Assembly (NCBI RefSeq): GCF_001194135.2
Contig: NC_068985.1
Span: 69,304,085 to 69,368,084, forward strand
Reading direction: 5' to 3'
Source of the DNA: Octopus bimaculoides
Taxonomy: Eukaryota
Length of the DNA: 64,000 bases
Shown here: positions 14,041 to 25,790 of the stretch, one piece after another
Layout: each line of letters starts with the position of its first letter
Numbering within the stretch: the first letter of the stretch is position 1
Notes under the pieces: generated by a model
What the model was told of the DNA's origin: nothing
Seen by the model: only the letters and a program-made list of their open reading frames with translations
The model's database searches: none
Position numbers and translations under genes: made by a program

Positions 14041-15429
14041 TTTTTTCATAAATATCAGTTGTATTTGTAGTGTTGTTTTTAAATATATGTGTGTGTGTGC
14101 GTGTGTGCGTGTGCGTGTGCGTGTGTGTGTATATGGAAAACTGTAATGGCTACATTTTTAGGAGTAATATAAATATAAAAATTATATTGGTGATATTGTT
14201 GTTGATGTCAAGCTTCCATGGAACACAGAACCGTGACCACCACTTTCTCACTCAAACTTAGTATATCTGGAACTGCATTACTGAATCTAGATAACCTTAC
14301 AAAATGACGTAATAGATAAGATATATCATGTTTGCTATTAGGATAGAATTCGCAGCATGACTGAAAGACAATTAATAATATCTAATACTAGTTTGGAGGT
14401 TTTCACTCTAATTTGCACGTCATGTCTTCCATACTTTATTTGTAATTATTCTATTGTAATGTTTTTCATTTTTAAAGTTTTCGCAAAAGAAACCTAATAC
14501 CTATATTTGATATCTATATTATCGTGACACATATTTTTTCACAATGGCTGGTTTTGCTAGACGTTACACAAAAAAGTCGTCACCAATATTGAATAGAATT
14601 TAATTATCAGAATTTGCACCCACAAAACGTTGTTACTTTTTTTCCATCTGTATTTCTGTCACTGACCTTTTCTGAAAAGAAATAAAGTAATTATTCAAAA
14701 GTATGCAGTCTATAGATTGTTTAACCGTTTTGTTACAAGATATTTGAGGAAATACACTAGTTAAGTGCCTAATTTTGTAAACAAAACATTCCACATGAGT
14801 ATTTGATAAAACTGGCATTTGGAATTTAACAACACTTTTCTTACAGGGAATACTGATCAAGTTGATATTTTCATAAAATTGGAAAAAATGTATTTTCGAA
14901 GACGTGGTGCAGTAGGTTAGATGAATATTTCTATAATCTATCATGGAAAGAATTTGGTGTAAGAATGCTGATGTTCCTTACACGTAAGGTATACATAGGC
15001 GCTGAGAATAATGTAAAACAATGGCTTATACCCGCAAGGCACAAATCAGTGAAGAAAGCAAATAAATCTCCATGTGATCTAGTGCTAGATTCTTTCTACC
15101 TCATGGAATGAATTACGGTACATGCCTCCTTTCATTTCGTTTCTTTTAGACTAAACAACACTTGTAAAACACAACATGCGAATTTTCATGTAACTAATTT
15201 GTGCCTGGATGTAACATGAGTGAAAAATGTAAGGGCTCGTGAATTATGACAAAAAAATATTTGATCATACGTTTGAATAATTAATGAAGCCTGATCCAAG
15301 CAATAAAAATGTATGCGCTACAATATTCTGTCAAGAGATCCACTGAATTTAGCAGATTACTAACTTCAATACCAAGATTGTAACAGCCATATTTTCTGTT
15401 GATTCTATTGAAATCAGGTACATATTTTC

Positions 15430-15998
15430 AGTTATCCCCTCACCGCTATCTACACTACCCTTTCCATGGACCGTGTCTCTGCTCTCTCTCCTTGAACTCA
15501 CCCCGCCGTTACCCGTCTCCCGTTTCCTATCATCTATCACTCCCAACCTGCCTTTCCAACGCACCATTCTCCGAGCTTTCCGGGTGATTCCAGTCCGGCC
15601 CCTCCACTGCGCATATCTCTCCCAATCTACCCCTCCCTTGCTTCAAACAAGTCCACAACCTACGTGACCTCCTGGTCCACAGTATTTTCCACACACCCAC
15701 CTCCTAACCTAGCTCGTTCCCCTGATCCCGCTCACGCTGCCGTACTTGCTCCTACCTCATCAACACCACCAACTTCACAGGCGCCCATCATCGTCCCTAT
15801 CATACCACTAACTCCTTTACATGCGCTTCTAGCAACGTCATTTACTGCATCTCCTGCTCTTTCTGTCCTTCTCTGCACATCGCTCAAACGGGACGCCGCT
15901 TGGCTGACCGGTTCACGGAACAAGTCCCAAACATTAGACTCGGAAACGACACCCCGCCTTGCGTCATTTCCTCTCTATCGGTCATTCATTACAACACG
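15430..15998 (+). mobile_element. Penelope-like element B (linker + GIY-YIG endonuclease), degenerate
   Basis: LPFQRTILRAFR; FKQVHNLRDLLVHS; RSRCRTCSYL; FTCASSNVIYCISCSFCPSLHIAQTGRRLADRFTE. Confidence 0.9.
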
Positions 15999-16165
15999 TG
16001 CCTGTGTATATATGTGTATATATGTGTCCGCCTTCACCGTGGACACATATATACTTGGAAATGGATGCTTGGTGTTCACTCATATGATAATATATATAAA
16101 ATATATACATAGACATATATACATACGTATATGTACATCCTTACATATATATGCATATATGGGTA

Positions 16166-16431
16166 CAAGACGTCACAAAACGTAAACAACATGAGATACG
16201 AAACCACGAAATACGAAATACGAAGACAAGAGTTTTTTTTGCGAACAACGAGAGAAACAAATGGAATACAAGAGAAGTAACATGAAAAATGACCCTTCAT
16301 AAGTTGTCGGCTGTTTATGTTACTTGTCTTGTTTTCCATTTCGTTCCTCATTCTTCGGAAAAATTAATTGTCTTCATATTTCGGATTTCATGGCTTCATA
16401 CATCATACTGGTTACGTTTCGTGACGTCCTG
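16166..16431. mobile_element. Fold-back MITE, ~120-bp diverged inverted arms, TA flanks
   Basis: Left TA|CAAGACGTCACAAAACGTAA..., right ...TTACGTTTCGTGACGTCCTG|TA; arms stay alignable to within ~25 bp of each other. Confidence 0.8.
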
Positions 16432-16450
16432 TACACACATATGCTTATAT

Positions 16451-17369
16451 NNNNNNNNNNNNNNNNNNNNNNNNNNNNNNNNNNNNNNNNNNNNNNNNNN
16501 NNNNNNNNNNNNNNNNNNNNNNNNNNNNNNNNNNNNNNNNNNNNNNNNNNNNNNNNNNNNNNNNNNNNNNNNNNNNNNNNNNNNNNNNNNNNNNNNNNNN
16601 NNNNNNNNNNNNNNNNNNNNNNNNNNNNNNNNNNNNNNNNNNNNNNNNNNNNNNNNNNNNNNNNNNNNNNNNNNNNNNNNNNNNNNNNNNNNNNNNNNNN
16701 NNNNNNNNNNNNNNNNNNNNNNNNNNNNNNNNNNNNNNNNNNNNNNNNNNNNNNNNNNNNNNNNNNNNNNNNNNNNNNNNNNNNNNNNNNNNNNNNNNNN
16801 NNNNNNNNNNNNNNNNNNNNNNNNNNNNNNNNNNNNNNNNNNNNNNNNNNNNNNNNNNNNNNNNNNNNNNNNNNNNNNNNNNNNNNNNNNNNNNNNNNNN
16901 NNNNNNNNNNNNNNNNNNNNNNNNNNNNNNNNNNNNNNNNNNNNNNNNNNNNNNNNNNNNNNNNNNNNNNNNNNNNNNNNNNNNNNNNNNNNNNNNNNNN
17001 NNNNNNNNNNNNNNNNNNNNNNNNNNNNNNNNNNNNNNNNNNNNNNNNNNNNNNNNNNNNNNNNNNNNNNNNNNNNNNNNNNNNNNNNNNNNNNNNNNNN
17101 NNNNNNNNNNNNNNNNNNNNNNNNNNNNNNNNNNNNNNNNNNNNNNNNNNNNNNNNNNNNNNNNNNNNNNNNNNNNNNNNNNNNNNNNNNNNNNNNNNNN
17201 NNNNNNNNNNNNNNNNNNNNNNNNNNNNNNNNNNNNNNNNNNNNNNNNNNNNNNNNNNNNNNNNNNNNNNNNNNNNNNNNNNNNNNNNNNNNNNNNNNNN
17301 NNNNNNNNNNNNNNNNNNNNNNNNNNNNNNNNNNNNNNNNNNNNNNNNNNNNNNNNNNNNNNNNNNNNN
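16451..17369. other. Assembly gap (N run)
   Basis: N characters. Confidence 1.
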
Positions 17370-17429
17370 GAATATCTTCAAATCCCTCTTGCTACTGTTA
17401 ATAGTGTTATAGTGCAATTTAAATGCCAA

Positions 17430-17745
17430 GGAAAAGAATCAACACGTTCTCGTCCAGCCGACCTGGGTCCTCGGAAAGAGGCTTCGCTGTTTGAAGAGAA
17501 TTGTAGAAAACGAACCCCGTGCGAAGGCCTCTAACATTGCGAAGCAGCTATAAGTTTGTCCAAGAAAGTGTGTTATATATATCTGCATAAGATTGGGTAT
17601 TATGGACGAGCAGCTAGAAGAAAACCTCTCCTTCAACCAATTAATATCACGAAAAGAAAGATATGGGCTAAGGTGATGGGAGGAAAATCCAGTTCATTTT
17701 GGGATACAATGATTTTCTGTGATGAATTCAGATTTGCATTATTTT
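17430..17745 (+). mobile_element. Tc1 transposase fragment (HTH to first catalytic D)
   Basis: LKRIVENEPRAKASNIAKQL; HKIGYYGRAARRKPLL...KRKIWAK...FWDTMIFCDEFRF. Confidence 0.85.
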
Positions 17746-17754
17746 GAAAAAAAA

Positions 17755-18195
17755 AGAACGTCATAAAGGCAAAATTATTTTCTAAAATAACGGATGTAAA
17801 AGTGAAGAAATGTGGTCGACCAAAATGCGCAACATGCCCAAACCTTCTAGAAGGATCAGTTTTCCATTTCATAGAGTGACAAAAATCAAAATCAAATCTG
17901 ACATTACTTGGGCCTCAAAAAGCCTGATTTATGTTATAAGATGCTCGGGCTGCCAGCAAAACGACATAGGGTCCACGGGTTATCGCTCAAACGCAGATGC
18001 TCTCTACATCGACAGCACGTTGCATTCTCAGAATACTGAATGATACCCTATAGTGAACACATTGAGAAATGTGCAAAGCAAATGCTACCACAATTTGTAA
18101 TCCGGTCATTTTATCAATGTGCCATTGGAACACCAACACAAATTAGATTCAATAAGGAAACCTACTTCATTGAAACATGTAAGCCAAAACTTAAC
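17755..18195 (+). mobile_element. Penelope-like element C (GIY-YIG endonuclease), degenerate
   Basis: VKKCGRPKCATCPNL; SKSLIYVIRCSGCQQNDIGSTG; YSEHIEKCA; ETYFIETCKPKLN. Confidence 0.85.
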
Positions 18196-18356
18196 CATTT
18201 CTAGCATTGAAAATATATAAAGAAAAACGTAATGACTTCTAACATTACTTTACAGAAAATTTTATAACATTTTTTCCAACATAATGGTTTAAATATATTC
18301 TTAACCATATAACACAAGTCATCTGTATTTTTTTCACTCTATTTTGTCTTATATAT

Positions 18357-18740
18357 NNNNNNNNNNNNNNNNNNNNNNNNNNNNNNNNNNNNNNNNNNNN
18401 NNNNNNNNNNNNNNNNNNNNNNNNNNNNNNNNNNNNNNNNNNNNNNNNNNNNNNNNNNNNNNNNNNNNNNNNNNNNNNNNNNNNNNNNNNNNNNNNNNNN
18501 NNNNNNNNNNNNNNNNNNNNNNNNNNNNNNNNNNNNNNNNNNNNNNNNNNNNNNNNNNNNNNNNNNNNNNNNNNNNNNNNNNNNNNNNNNNNNNNNNNNN
18601 NNNNNNNNNNNNNNNNNNNNNNNNNNNNNNNNNNNNNNNNNNNNNNNNNNNNNNNNNNNNNNNNNNNNNNNNNNNNNNNNNNNNNNNNNNNNNNNNNNNN
18701 NNNNNNNNNNNNNNNNNNNNNNNNNNNNNNNNNNNNNNNN
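18357..18740. other. Assembly gap (N run) between (TA)n and (TG)n
   Basis: N characters. Confidence 1.
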
Positions 18741-18788
<48 letters not shown>

Positions 18789-18879
18789 GCTGTGCTTAAG
18801 CTCCCATAACCTAGTCCTTCGGCAGAAGACAGTGATAGTATGAGTACTAGATGTATAAAGAATAAATTCTGTGGTCAAT

Positions 18880-18940
18880 TAACGGTGGTGCTCCAGCATA
18901 ACTGCAGTCACATAACTGAAACAAGTAAGACAATAAAATA
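18880..18940 (+). mobile_element. SINE 3' tail fragment
   Basis: GGTGGTGCTCCAGCATAACTGCAGTCACATAACTGAAACAAGTAAG, homologous to 12576-12628. Confidence 0.7.
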
Positions 18941-18944
18941 AACC

Positions 18945-18987
18945 CTATGTTATTTTAATCCCGAGTAAGGGCGGGTTACTCTGCTGG
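18945..18987 (+). mobile_element. Isolated Helitron-like 3' terminus
   Basis: CCCG-AGTAAGGG-CGGG hairpin, short spacer, CTGG (CTRR) then T; resembles 32078-32109. Confidence 0.5.
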
Positions 18988-19004
18988 TATATATCTGTAT
19001 ATAT

Positions 19005-19197
19005 CAGTCGCCATGATTGACCGCTAACTCCGCAAGTCTGTTTTTTTTTTATTCTCTCTCTATTTCCTCGTCATCGTTTCAATTGAAGAGCGTAGGTTCG
19101 AAACATAAACGCCTTTCTTATCTCCCCGAGCGTCAAACTAATACACCAGTTTGTTGTTTATATACCTGTCTTCGTCTTTTGCTTTTCTGTAAATTTC

Positions 19198-19200
<3 letters not shown>
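19005..19200 (+). mobile_element. Penelope-like 3' tail/pLTR fragment with degenerate hammerhead-like core
   Basis: TTGAAGAGC-GTAG-GTTCGAAAC motif; overall sequence resembles octopus PLE tails as I recall them (not verified). Confidence 0.5.
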
Positions 19201-19230
<30 letters not shown>

Positions 19231-19232
<2 letters not shown>

Positions 19233-19908
19233 AGCTGAGCTAGCAGGTAAAATAATTACCATTAACAAGATGTATGTCTATAGCCATCAAACATTTTCCG
19301 TCAAATTTCGAGAATTCTAATCTATATTAATGGGTAGGACAAATTTGACGAAATAATGAGCAGAGTCTGGTAGCGAACCCATGTTGTCTTTTATGTGCAT
19401 GTGCGTAAAATGGCGAAATGTTATACGTTAAGGCAGATTTCCTCAAAATGATATCACAATGGGTAGTGTGCAAAATGCGTAAACTTTGCTTGAGACATAA
19501 AATGGTCTTACCTAATCAAAAGCTGAAGCGTTTGGGAATTAACAAATTGAAATAAGTTTTAGGAAATCAAAACAATTCGCATTGAAATGAAGAATTAGAA
19601 AATGCTAAATAGATTAGCGTTAATACACTGTCTGATTATACCCATGAATCATTTTTCGTCAAATTTCAGCATTTTTCATCAAATTGATGTCATGATAGCC
19701 AGCGCGAAAAAATGCAGAAATTTTACGATTTTTGAAAAACCGATGCTGGTTAAAAATCGATTTTTTTTTAAATATTCGAAGTTAGTAAGTGACCGGAAGG
19801 ACATAAGCCCCCCACACGTGTCAAGTTTCATCAATGGTTGTTGGATAGTCTCGGAGGAGCTAAAGTAACACATTCGCAAACATTCAACTTTCCATTGATC
19901 ATATATAC
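19231..19908 (-). mobile_element. Probable non-autonomous Helitron-like element
   Basis: Sits between (TA)n tracts; CTAG near the left end; right end AAGTTTCATCAA...GGAGGAGCTAAAGTAACACATTCGCAAACATT...ATATATA resembles Lep1/HINE-type subterminal sequence. Confidence 0.4.
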
Positions 19909-20233
19909 NNNNNNNNNNNNNNNNNNNNNNNNNNNNNNNNNNNNNNNNNNNNNNNNNNNNNNNNNNNNNNNNNNNNNNNNNNNNNNNNNNNNNNNNNNNN
20001 NNNNNNNNNNNNNNNNNNNNNNNNNNNNNNNNNNNNNNNNNNNNNNNNNNNNNNNNNNNNNNNNNNNNNNNNNNNNNNNNNNNNNNNNNNNNNNNNNNNN
20101 NNNNNNNNNNNNNNNNNNNNNNNNNNNNNNNNNNNNNNNNNNNNNNNNNNNNNNNNNNNNNNNNNNNNNNNNNNNNNNNNNNNNNNNNNNNNNNNNNNNN
20201 NNNNNNNNNNNNNNNNNNNNNNNNNNNNNNNNN
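19909..20233. other. Assembly gap (N run)
   Basis: N characters. Confidence 1.
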
Positions 20234-20271
20234 ATATATGTATGTGAGCACTTCAAGAGTTACGATTAGTA

Positions 20272-20888
20272 TGCCGGTAATAAACGCACGCACTGGTTCA
20301 GTCCTTTATTAATTTATAAACAGTATTTAGTTTAGACTCCCTGATGACGCATCGTTACGGCAAATACAAGAGTCAGTCCTCATAACGGAAACACGACCAA
20401 TTTTGAATAGCAAGTACACGTAGATAAAAGCCTTACAATTACCCATGATTGCAGACGTTGTTCACACATAGAATACAGAACCTGAACGTAAATAAAAAAA
20501 AGATGCATTTACGAAGAAAACAGAAAATAACAAAAACCAAAACCAAGTCCAAAGTCTCTATCTTATCTGATATGAACGAAATTTAACAAACATACATATG
20601 GACTCACATACTTACATATAAGCACGAATACATACGTGTGTGCACACATACGAGCGTGCACACATACGAACGTGCACACACTCACATGCTCATACCGGAC
20701 AATTTCAAAACAACGCTAAATCATACATCGAAATAAAATAAATGGAAGTGGAGAGACAAGTTACTGATGAGATTGCAAGAGTGCAATGAAATGATTTAAC
20801 CAAAAAAAAAAAAAGAAAGAAACGAAAGACTAAATACTGTTCATAAATTAATACAGGTCTGAACCAGTGCGTGTGTTTATTACCGGCA
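20272..20888. mobile_element. 617-bp non-autonomous element with 60-bp terminal inverted repeats and TA flanks
   Basis: 20272-20331 vs reverse complement of 20829-20888: 4 mismatches in 60 nt by manual alignment; TA at 20270-71 and 20889-90. Confidence 0.85.
20760..20800 (+). ncRNA. Minimal type-I hammerhead ribozyme-like motif
   Basis: GTTA-CTGATGA-G-[ATTGCA AGAG TGCAAT]-GAAA-TGA-TT-TAAC: core, 6-bp stem II and 4-bp stem I present; C11.1 absent. Confidence 0.35.
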
Positions 20889-21436
20889 TAATGCCTCTCC
20901 CAAGGCTTAATCGTATTTCTTTCAACACACGTATCCACATCAAGAATCTTGCACACGAAATACACATACGAAATACTTCAAGAGTTCGTTGTTATTTACA
21001 GCAATGACACTGACGAACGTATCATTAATTTTCTTATGCCTTGCAATTTACTTCTTCAATTGATTAATACACCAACTGAGTAAACCTATCTATAATAACT
21101 ACTGGAAACGGCCGCAAGACAAATTCACTATAATAAGGTATATATATGTAATGACCATTATTTTAACATGTCTCTTATTTATCACTCTCTGGAAACCACT
21201 TTATCTGAAACCCATCCACGGATTTACAATATAATATTGTAATGAACCGTTACATTGAGCGATACCAAAAGATTACTTGTTCATTAATCTGAGTTACATC
21301 GTTAGCCTGATGTGCCTACAGAGAGCTTATGAAGTATTATACCCGGATTAATAATCCCTTCCTATTTGTGCTAAATACATATACATGTATGTATGTGTGT
21401 ATGTGTGTGTGTTTGTGTATGTGTGTGCGTGTGTGT

Positions 21437-21654
21437 TATTTCTTTACTACCCACAAGGGGCTACACAGAGAAGGGACAAACAAGGACAGACAAACGGATT
21501 AAGTCGATTATACCGACCCCAGTGCGTAACTGGTACTTATTTAATCGACCCCGAAAGGATGAAAGGCAAAGTCGACCTCGGCAGAATTTGAACTCAGAAC
21601 GTAGGGGCAGACGAAATACTGCTAAGCATTTCGTCCGGCGTGCTAACGTTTCTG
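21437..21654 (-). mobile_element. tRNA-derived SINE, near complete
   Basis: Reverse complement contains GAGTTCAAATTC B-box, central GCCTTTCATCCTTTCGGGGTCGAT motif and AAAGAAATA end; related copies at 41.0-41.4, 54.4 and 63.3 kb. Confidence 0.9.
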
Positions 21655-23960
21655 TGTGTGTACTTCCCAAATACATTCTGCCAGATTACAACCCAAATAT
21701 GCTGACTGGTGTAAATTTTCATCATCGGATATGTCCATTTGCACGATCTCCATTCGTAATACAGGCGTTTCATTGATTCAAAATGACTTGGAGACGATTT
21801 GTGGTGTCTATCTAAGTCAAAGATACCATCCACTCAACAATATCGTACGAGTACTACCTATTGCTTCTAGGAATCAGCAAACAAATTATTTGCTGAGTTC
21901 CATATTCACTTACATATCTGTCAGAAAGGATTTTAAAAAATCGATATGTAATAATCTGCGTTCTCATTGTTTCTGTTTTAAGTGCGCCTCAATAAATTAA
22001 GCTGTTTATTTTCGACAACAAAACATGTTGCTCGTCGTTTGTGTTATGTTATGAAATTACAGCATGAGATTGCGAGATGTGATACAACTCTGGATTGAAA
22101 GATGAATCAATTTTAATTTTATCGTTTTACTAAATTACCTTTTTAGATTGGAAAATAAATAGAGATAATTGGAAATTTGTATATATAGTAACAATGTTAT
22201 AAGTATACCACAAATAATGTCTTTAGGAACGAAATATCAGATAATACTGTCCTAGATACATCAGATATCTTGAAGTAGCTCTGGTCTTGTGCTGAATGGC
22301 AACTACAATAACGTCTTCATTTATGAAGCGATTTAAATAAGGCATATATTTTCACTTTACCAAAAATTTCAAAATTTGAAAATAAATAGAAAACAAATTA
22401 AAAAAAAAACACATAACGTAGCTGGCAAAAAAAGCATCTATCTGACATTTTTTTTATGGGTTCATATAATTTCTCTGCATCAAATAAATAACCTCAATGT
22501 AGATAATCTTGAAAACGTCCAACAGAAAGATTAAAAAAAGTTGAGAGGTTTGACAATTCATTTCTTGTGAAAGGTTTAGATGAGAAAATAATTATGCAAG
22601 TTAAAAGTTCTGAATACAATAAGTTATATATCACAAAAGTTAAAATGAATTGATTCTATATATTCCTTGTATCTGCAACGTTTTGTTAAAAATTATATTT
22701 CCTTTCTTTATTTTTTTCATTGTATGACTAAATGGGAAAATGAAAGAAAATATGTCTTGTAAAACTGGAGAGAATTTTCTGTTTAAATATATATTTTAAA
22801 GCCGCCTATAATTTCATTTTTCCATACTACCTTTTCATATTTTTGATAAAATACGATATGTCTCTTGTCAAAGAAAGTTAAGTGAGATAGAGATAAATTG
22901 CTAAACCTTTGCAAAAGGAAATAATAAAGGTTGGATACATATTTTTTTCTCCTTTCGGGCAGTTTTCAAAATCCATTGTATTCGGAACATTGCTTGATAG
23001 TTACCTAGGTTCAGCATTGACGAATATCGGTTTTTAACACAATTACTTTTGTTTGTAGATATTCTCTGCAATGCAGCAGACGCTTGGAAAAGAACTGGAA
23101 AATTGCAATATTAACTAGTGTTGACAGGCTAATTCTGCGAATGGATTTTAGCTGACAAGCTGAATGCTGTTTTGTGAAATAGTAATGTCAGGCATTCTCA
23201 AGAGGCCAGCTCTCAACGTTATCCTAGTTACTTACAATCACTGCTAGTGTTTCTTTAATACCAAGTTATCCAGGATTTTCCATAACAGCCACTGACATTC
23301 CTCAAATCTTACTAACAAGAAAATACATTGAGATCTGCTGAAGACCGGTCTTGACAAGTTTTCTTATTGGCTGCTATCAAAATAAAGTGTTTAGTCTCAG
23401 CAAAACCCCAAACTGAATTAAAATTATTTCTATTACTTTTAACTTGATTACCAAGTCGCAAACTGGTAGAAAGATATTTTCAGATTTATCTGTATTTACA
23501 GAAAAGTTAGAATGGCGAGTAAAATTCTTAATTTGATTTACTTTGATAATTGAAGTATGTCAGTGATACTTACACGTTCAAAGGGAAAATGTCAACAATT
23601 TTTACAAATACTTTATTTCTACTTGTGCTTATTGCTTTTACATATCATTTTTCCTTTCTGTTTGTCATCCTATTCCAACGCCACGTTGTAAACTAAGTAT
23701 CTACAGTATGATAGAAACGTAAAATCCATTCCAGAAATGATCAATGCTCAGATATTCTAACATTATACCTTCAATAGCGGCATCTCTATTTGCTAATGTG
23801 ACAAATTGTGTATATCTATATATGTGTGACGTGCGTGCAAGTGTGTGTGTATAATTGTGTATGTAAGAATGAGTCTCTTTCTCTCTTTATATATAAATAT
23901 GTGTGTGTGAGTGTGTGTGTATGTGTGTGTGTGTGTGTGTGGGAGAGAGAGAGAGAGAGG

Positions 23961-23991
<31 letters not shown>

Positions 23992-24917
23992 NNNNNNNNN
24001 NNNNNNNNNNNNNNNNNNNNNNNNNNNNNNNNNNNNNNNNNNNNNNNNNNNNNNNNNNNNNNNNNNNNNNNNNNNNNNNNNNNNNNNNNNNNNNNNNNNN
24101 NNNNNNNNNNNNNNNNNNNNNNNNNNNNNNNNNNNNNNNNNNNNNNNNNNNNNNNNNNNNNNNNNNNNNNNNNNNNNNNNNNNNNNNNNNNNNNNNNNNN
24201 NNNNNNNNNNNNNNNNNNNNNNNNNNNNNNNNNNNNNNNNNNNNNNNNNNNNNNNNNNNNNNNNNNNNNNNNNNNNNNNNNNNNNNNNNNNNNNNNNNNN
24301 NNNNNNNNNNNNNNNNNNNNNNNNNNNNNNNNNNNNNNNNNNNNNNNNNNNNNNNNNNNNNNNNNNNNNNNNNNNNNNNNNNNNNNNNNNNNNNNNNNNN
24401 NNNNNNNNNNNNNNNNNNNNNNNNNNNNNNNNNNNNNNNNNNNNNNNNNNNNNNNNNNNNNNNNNNNNNNNNNNNNNNNNNNNNNNNNNNNNNNNNNNNN
24501 NNNNNNNNNNNNNNNNNNNNNNNNNNNNNNNNNNNNNNNNNNNNNNNNNNNNNNNNNNNNNNNNNNNNNNNNNNNNNNNNNNNNNNNNNNNNNNNNNNNN
24601 NNNNNNNNNNNNNNNNNNNNNNNNNNNNNNNNNNNNNNNNNNNNNNNNNNNNNNNNNNNNNNNNNNNNNNNNNNNNNNNNNNNNNNNNNNNNNNNNNNNN
24701 NNNNNNNNNNNNNNNNNNNNNNNNNNNNNNNNNNNNNNNNNNNNNNNNNNNNNNNNNNNNNNNNNNNNNNNNNNNNNNNNNNNNNNNNNNNNNNNNNNNN
24801 NNNNNNNNNNNNNNNNNNNNNNNNNNNNNNNNNNNNNNNNNNNNNNNNNNNNNNNNNNNNNNNNNNNNNNNNNNNNNNNNNNNNNNNNNNNNNNNNNNNN
24901 NNNNNNNNNNNNNNNNN
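23992..24917. other. Assembly gap (N run) after (GT)n/(GA)n
   Basis: N characters. Confidence 1.
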
Positions 24918-25469
24918 GAATAATTCTCCGTCATATGTCTTTGACATTCGCTTCGTTTCTTTTTAAGTAAAGATAAATGCTTTTAAATTGTGATAATGAA
25001 ACAAGGGGTGTAGTCCGTATCACAAAAATTAATTTCTCTCGCAAAAGAGAGGGTGGCATTTTCTCTCATTTTCAATATTTAATTTGAAGAAGATATTGTT
25101 CGCAAAAACGTTAAAATTTTACTAACCTCATCGATCTGTCACTGAACTAGAATTGTAATTTCATTCTCATATACACTTTGCTACCATTTGTATGGAGAAT
25201 TGCAAACATGGCATGTAAAGACAACTTATTTTAATAGAAGTTTTATAAGTACATTCCCGTAAATGTTTATCTTGTGCACACACCCCCCAACACACACAAA
25301 CACCTGCGCTATTCGCACGTGGATACACATGGATGAAGTCCCATTTTGGAAGTATGATATGGTTTCGATTATTTTGGAATCAAAAACATAAGCATAGCTG
25401 CTGAGCGAGTGATTAAACATGTAGAATTTTGTTGGGATTAATCTAATAAATTGACAGCAAGGTATGCAA

Positions 25470-25790
25470 GATGTACTTACATACATGATGGAGACAGAGA
25501 AAGACACATCATCTACTTCAACGATTACGGAGCGGGTGGTGAAGCAGCAGGAGGAGATGGTGAAAGGAAAGACAGTCCCGACGGAACAATAGCACCGTTG
25601 ACAACTTCTACAAATGTAAATGACAGTGAATGGCAGGTGGTTGGGATGGAGAGAAAAAAAAAAAAGAAAATTACTCTTTCTCCCCCTCTCACAAAGAAAA
25701 AAAATAAACCAAATTACAAGATTTACAAATACGAAGACACATTTATAAGAAACAAGAACTGGAATCACTATAATGTAAAACTTTAAAATT
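25470..25790 (+). mobile_element. L1/Tx1-type ORF1 C-terminal fragment
   Basis: Nucleotide homology to the reverse complement of ~26900-27170 (GATGG..GAGACAGA.AAAGACAC..., ATAGCACCGTTGACAA, AAAGAAAATTACTC.TTCTCCCCCTC). Confidence 0.7.

Noticed and set aside
14847-14920. Possible exon GNTDQVDIFIKLEKMYFRRRG after TTTTCTTACAG
   Set aside because: No convincing donor or homology; cannot be linked to other exons
23250-23380. Possible CR1/L2 3' end (KTGLDKF)
   Set aside because: A single short motif; insufficient support
16289-24970. The longest ORFs in the track (up to 384 aa)
   Set aside because: They consist of X from assembly gaps plus microsatellite flanks
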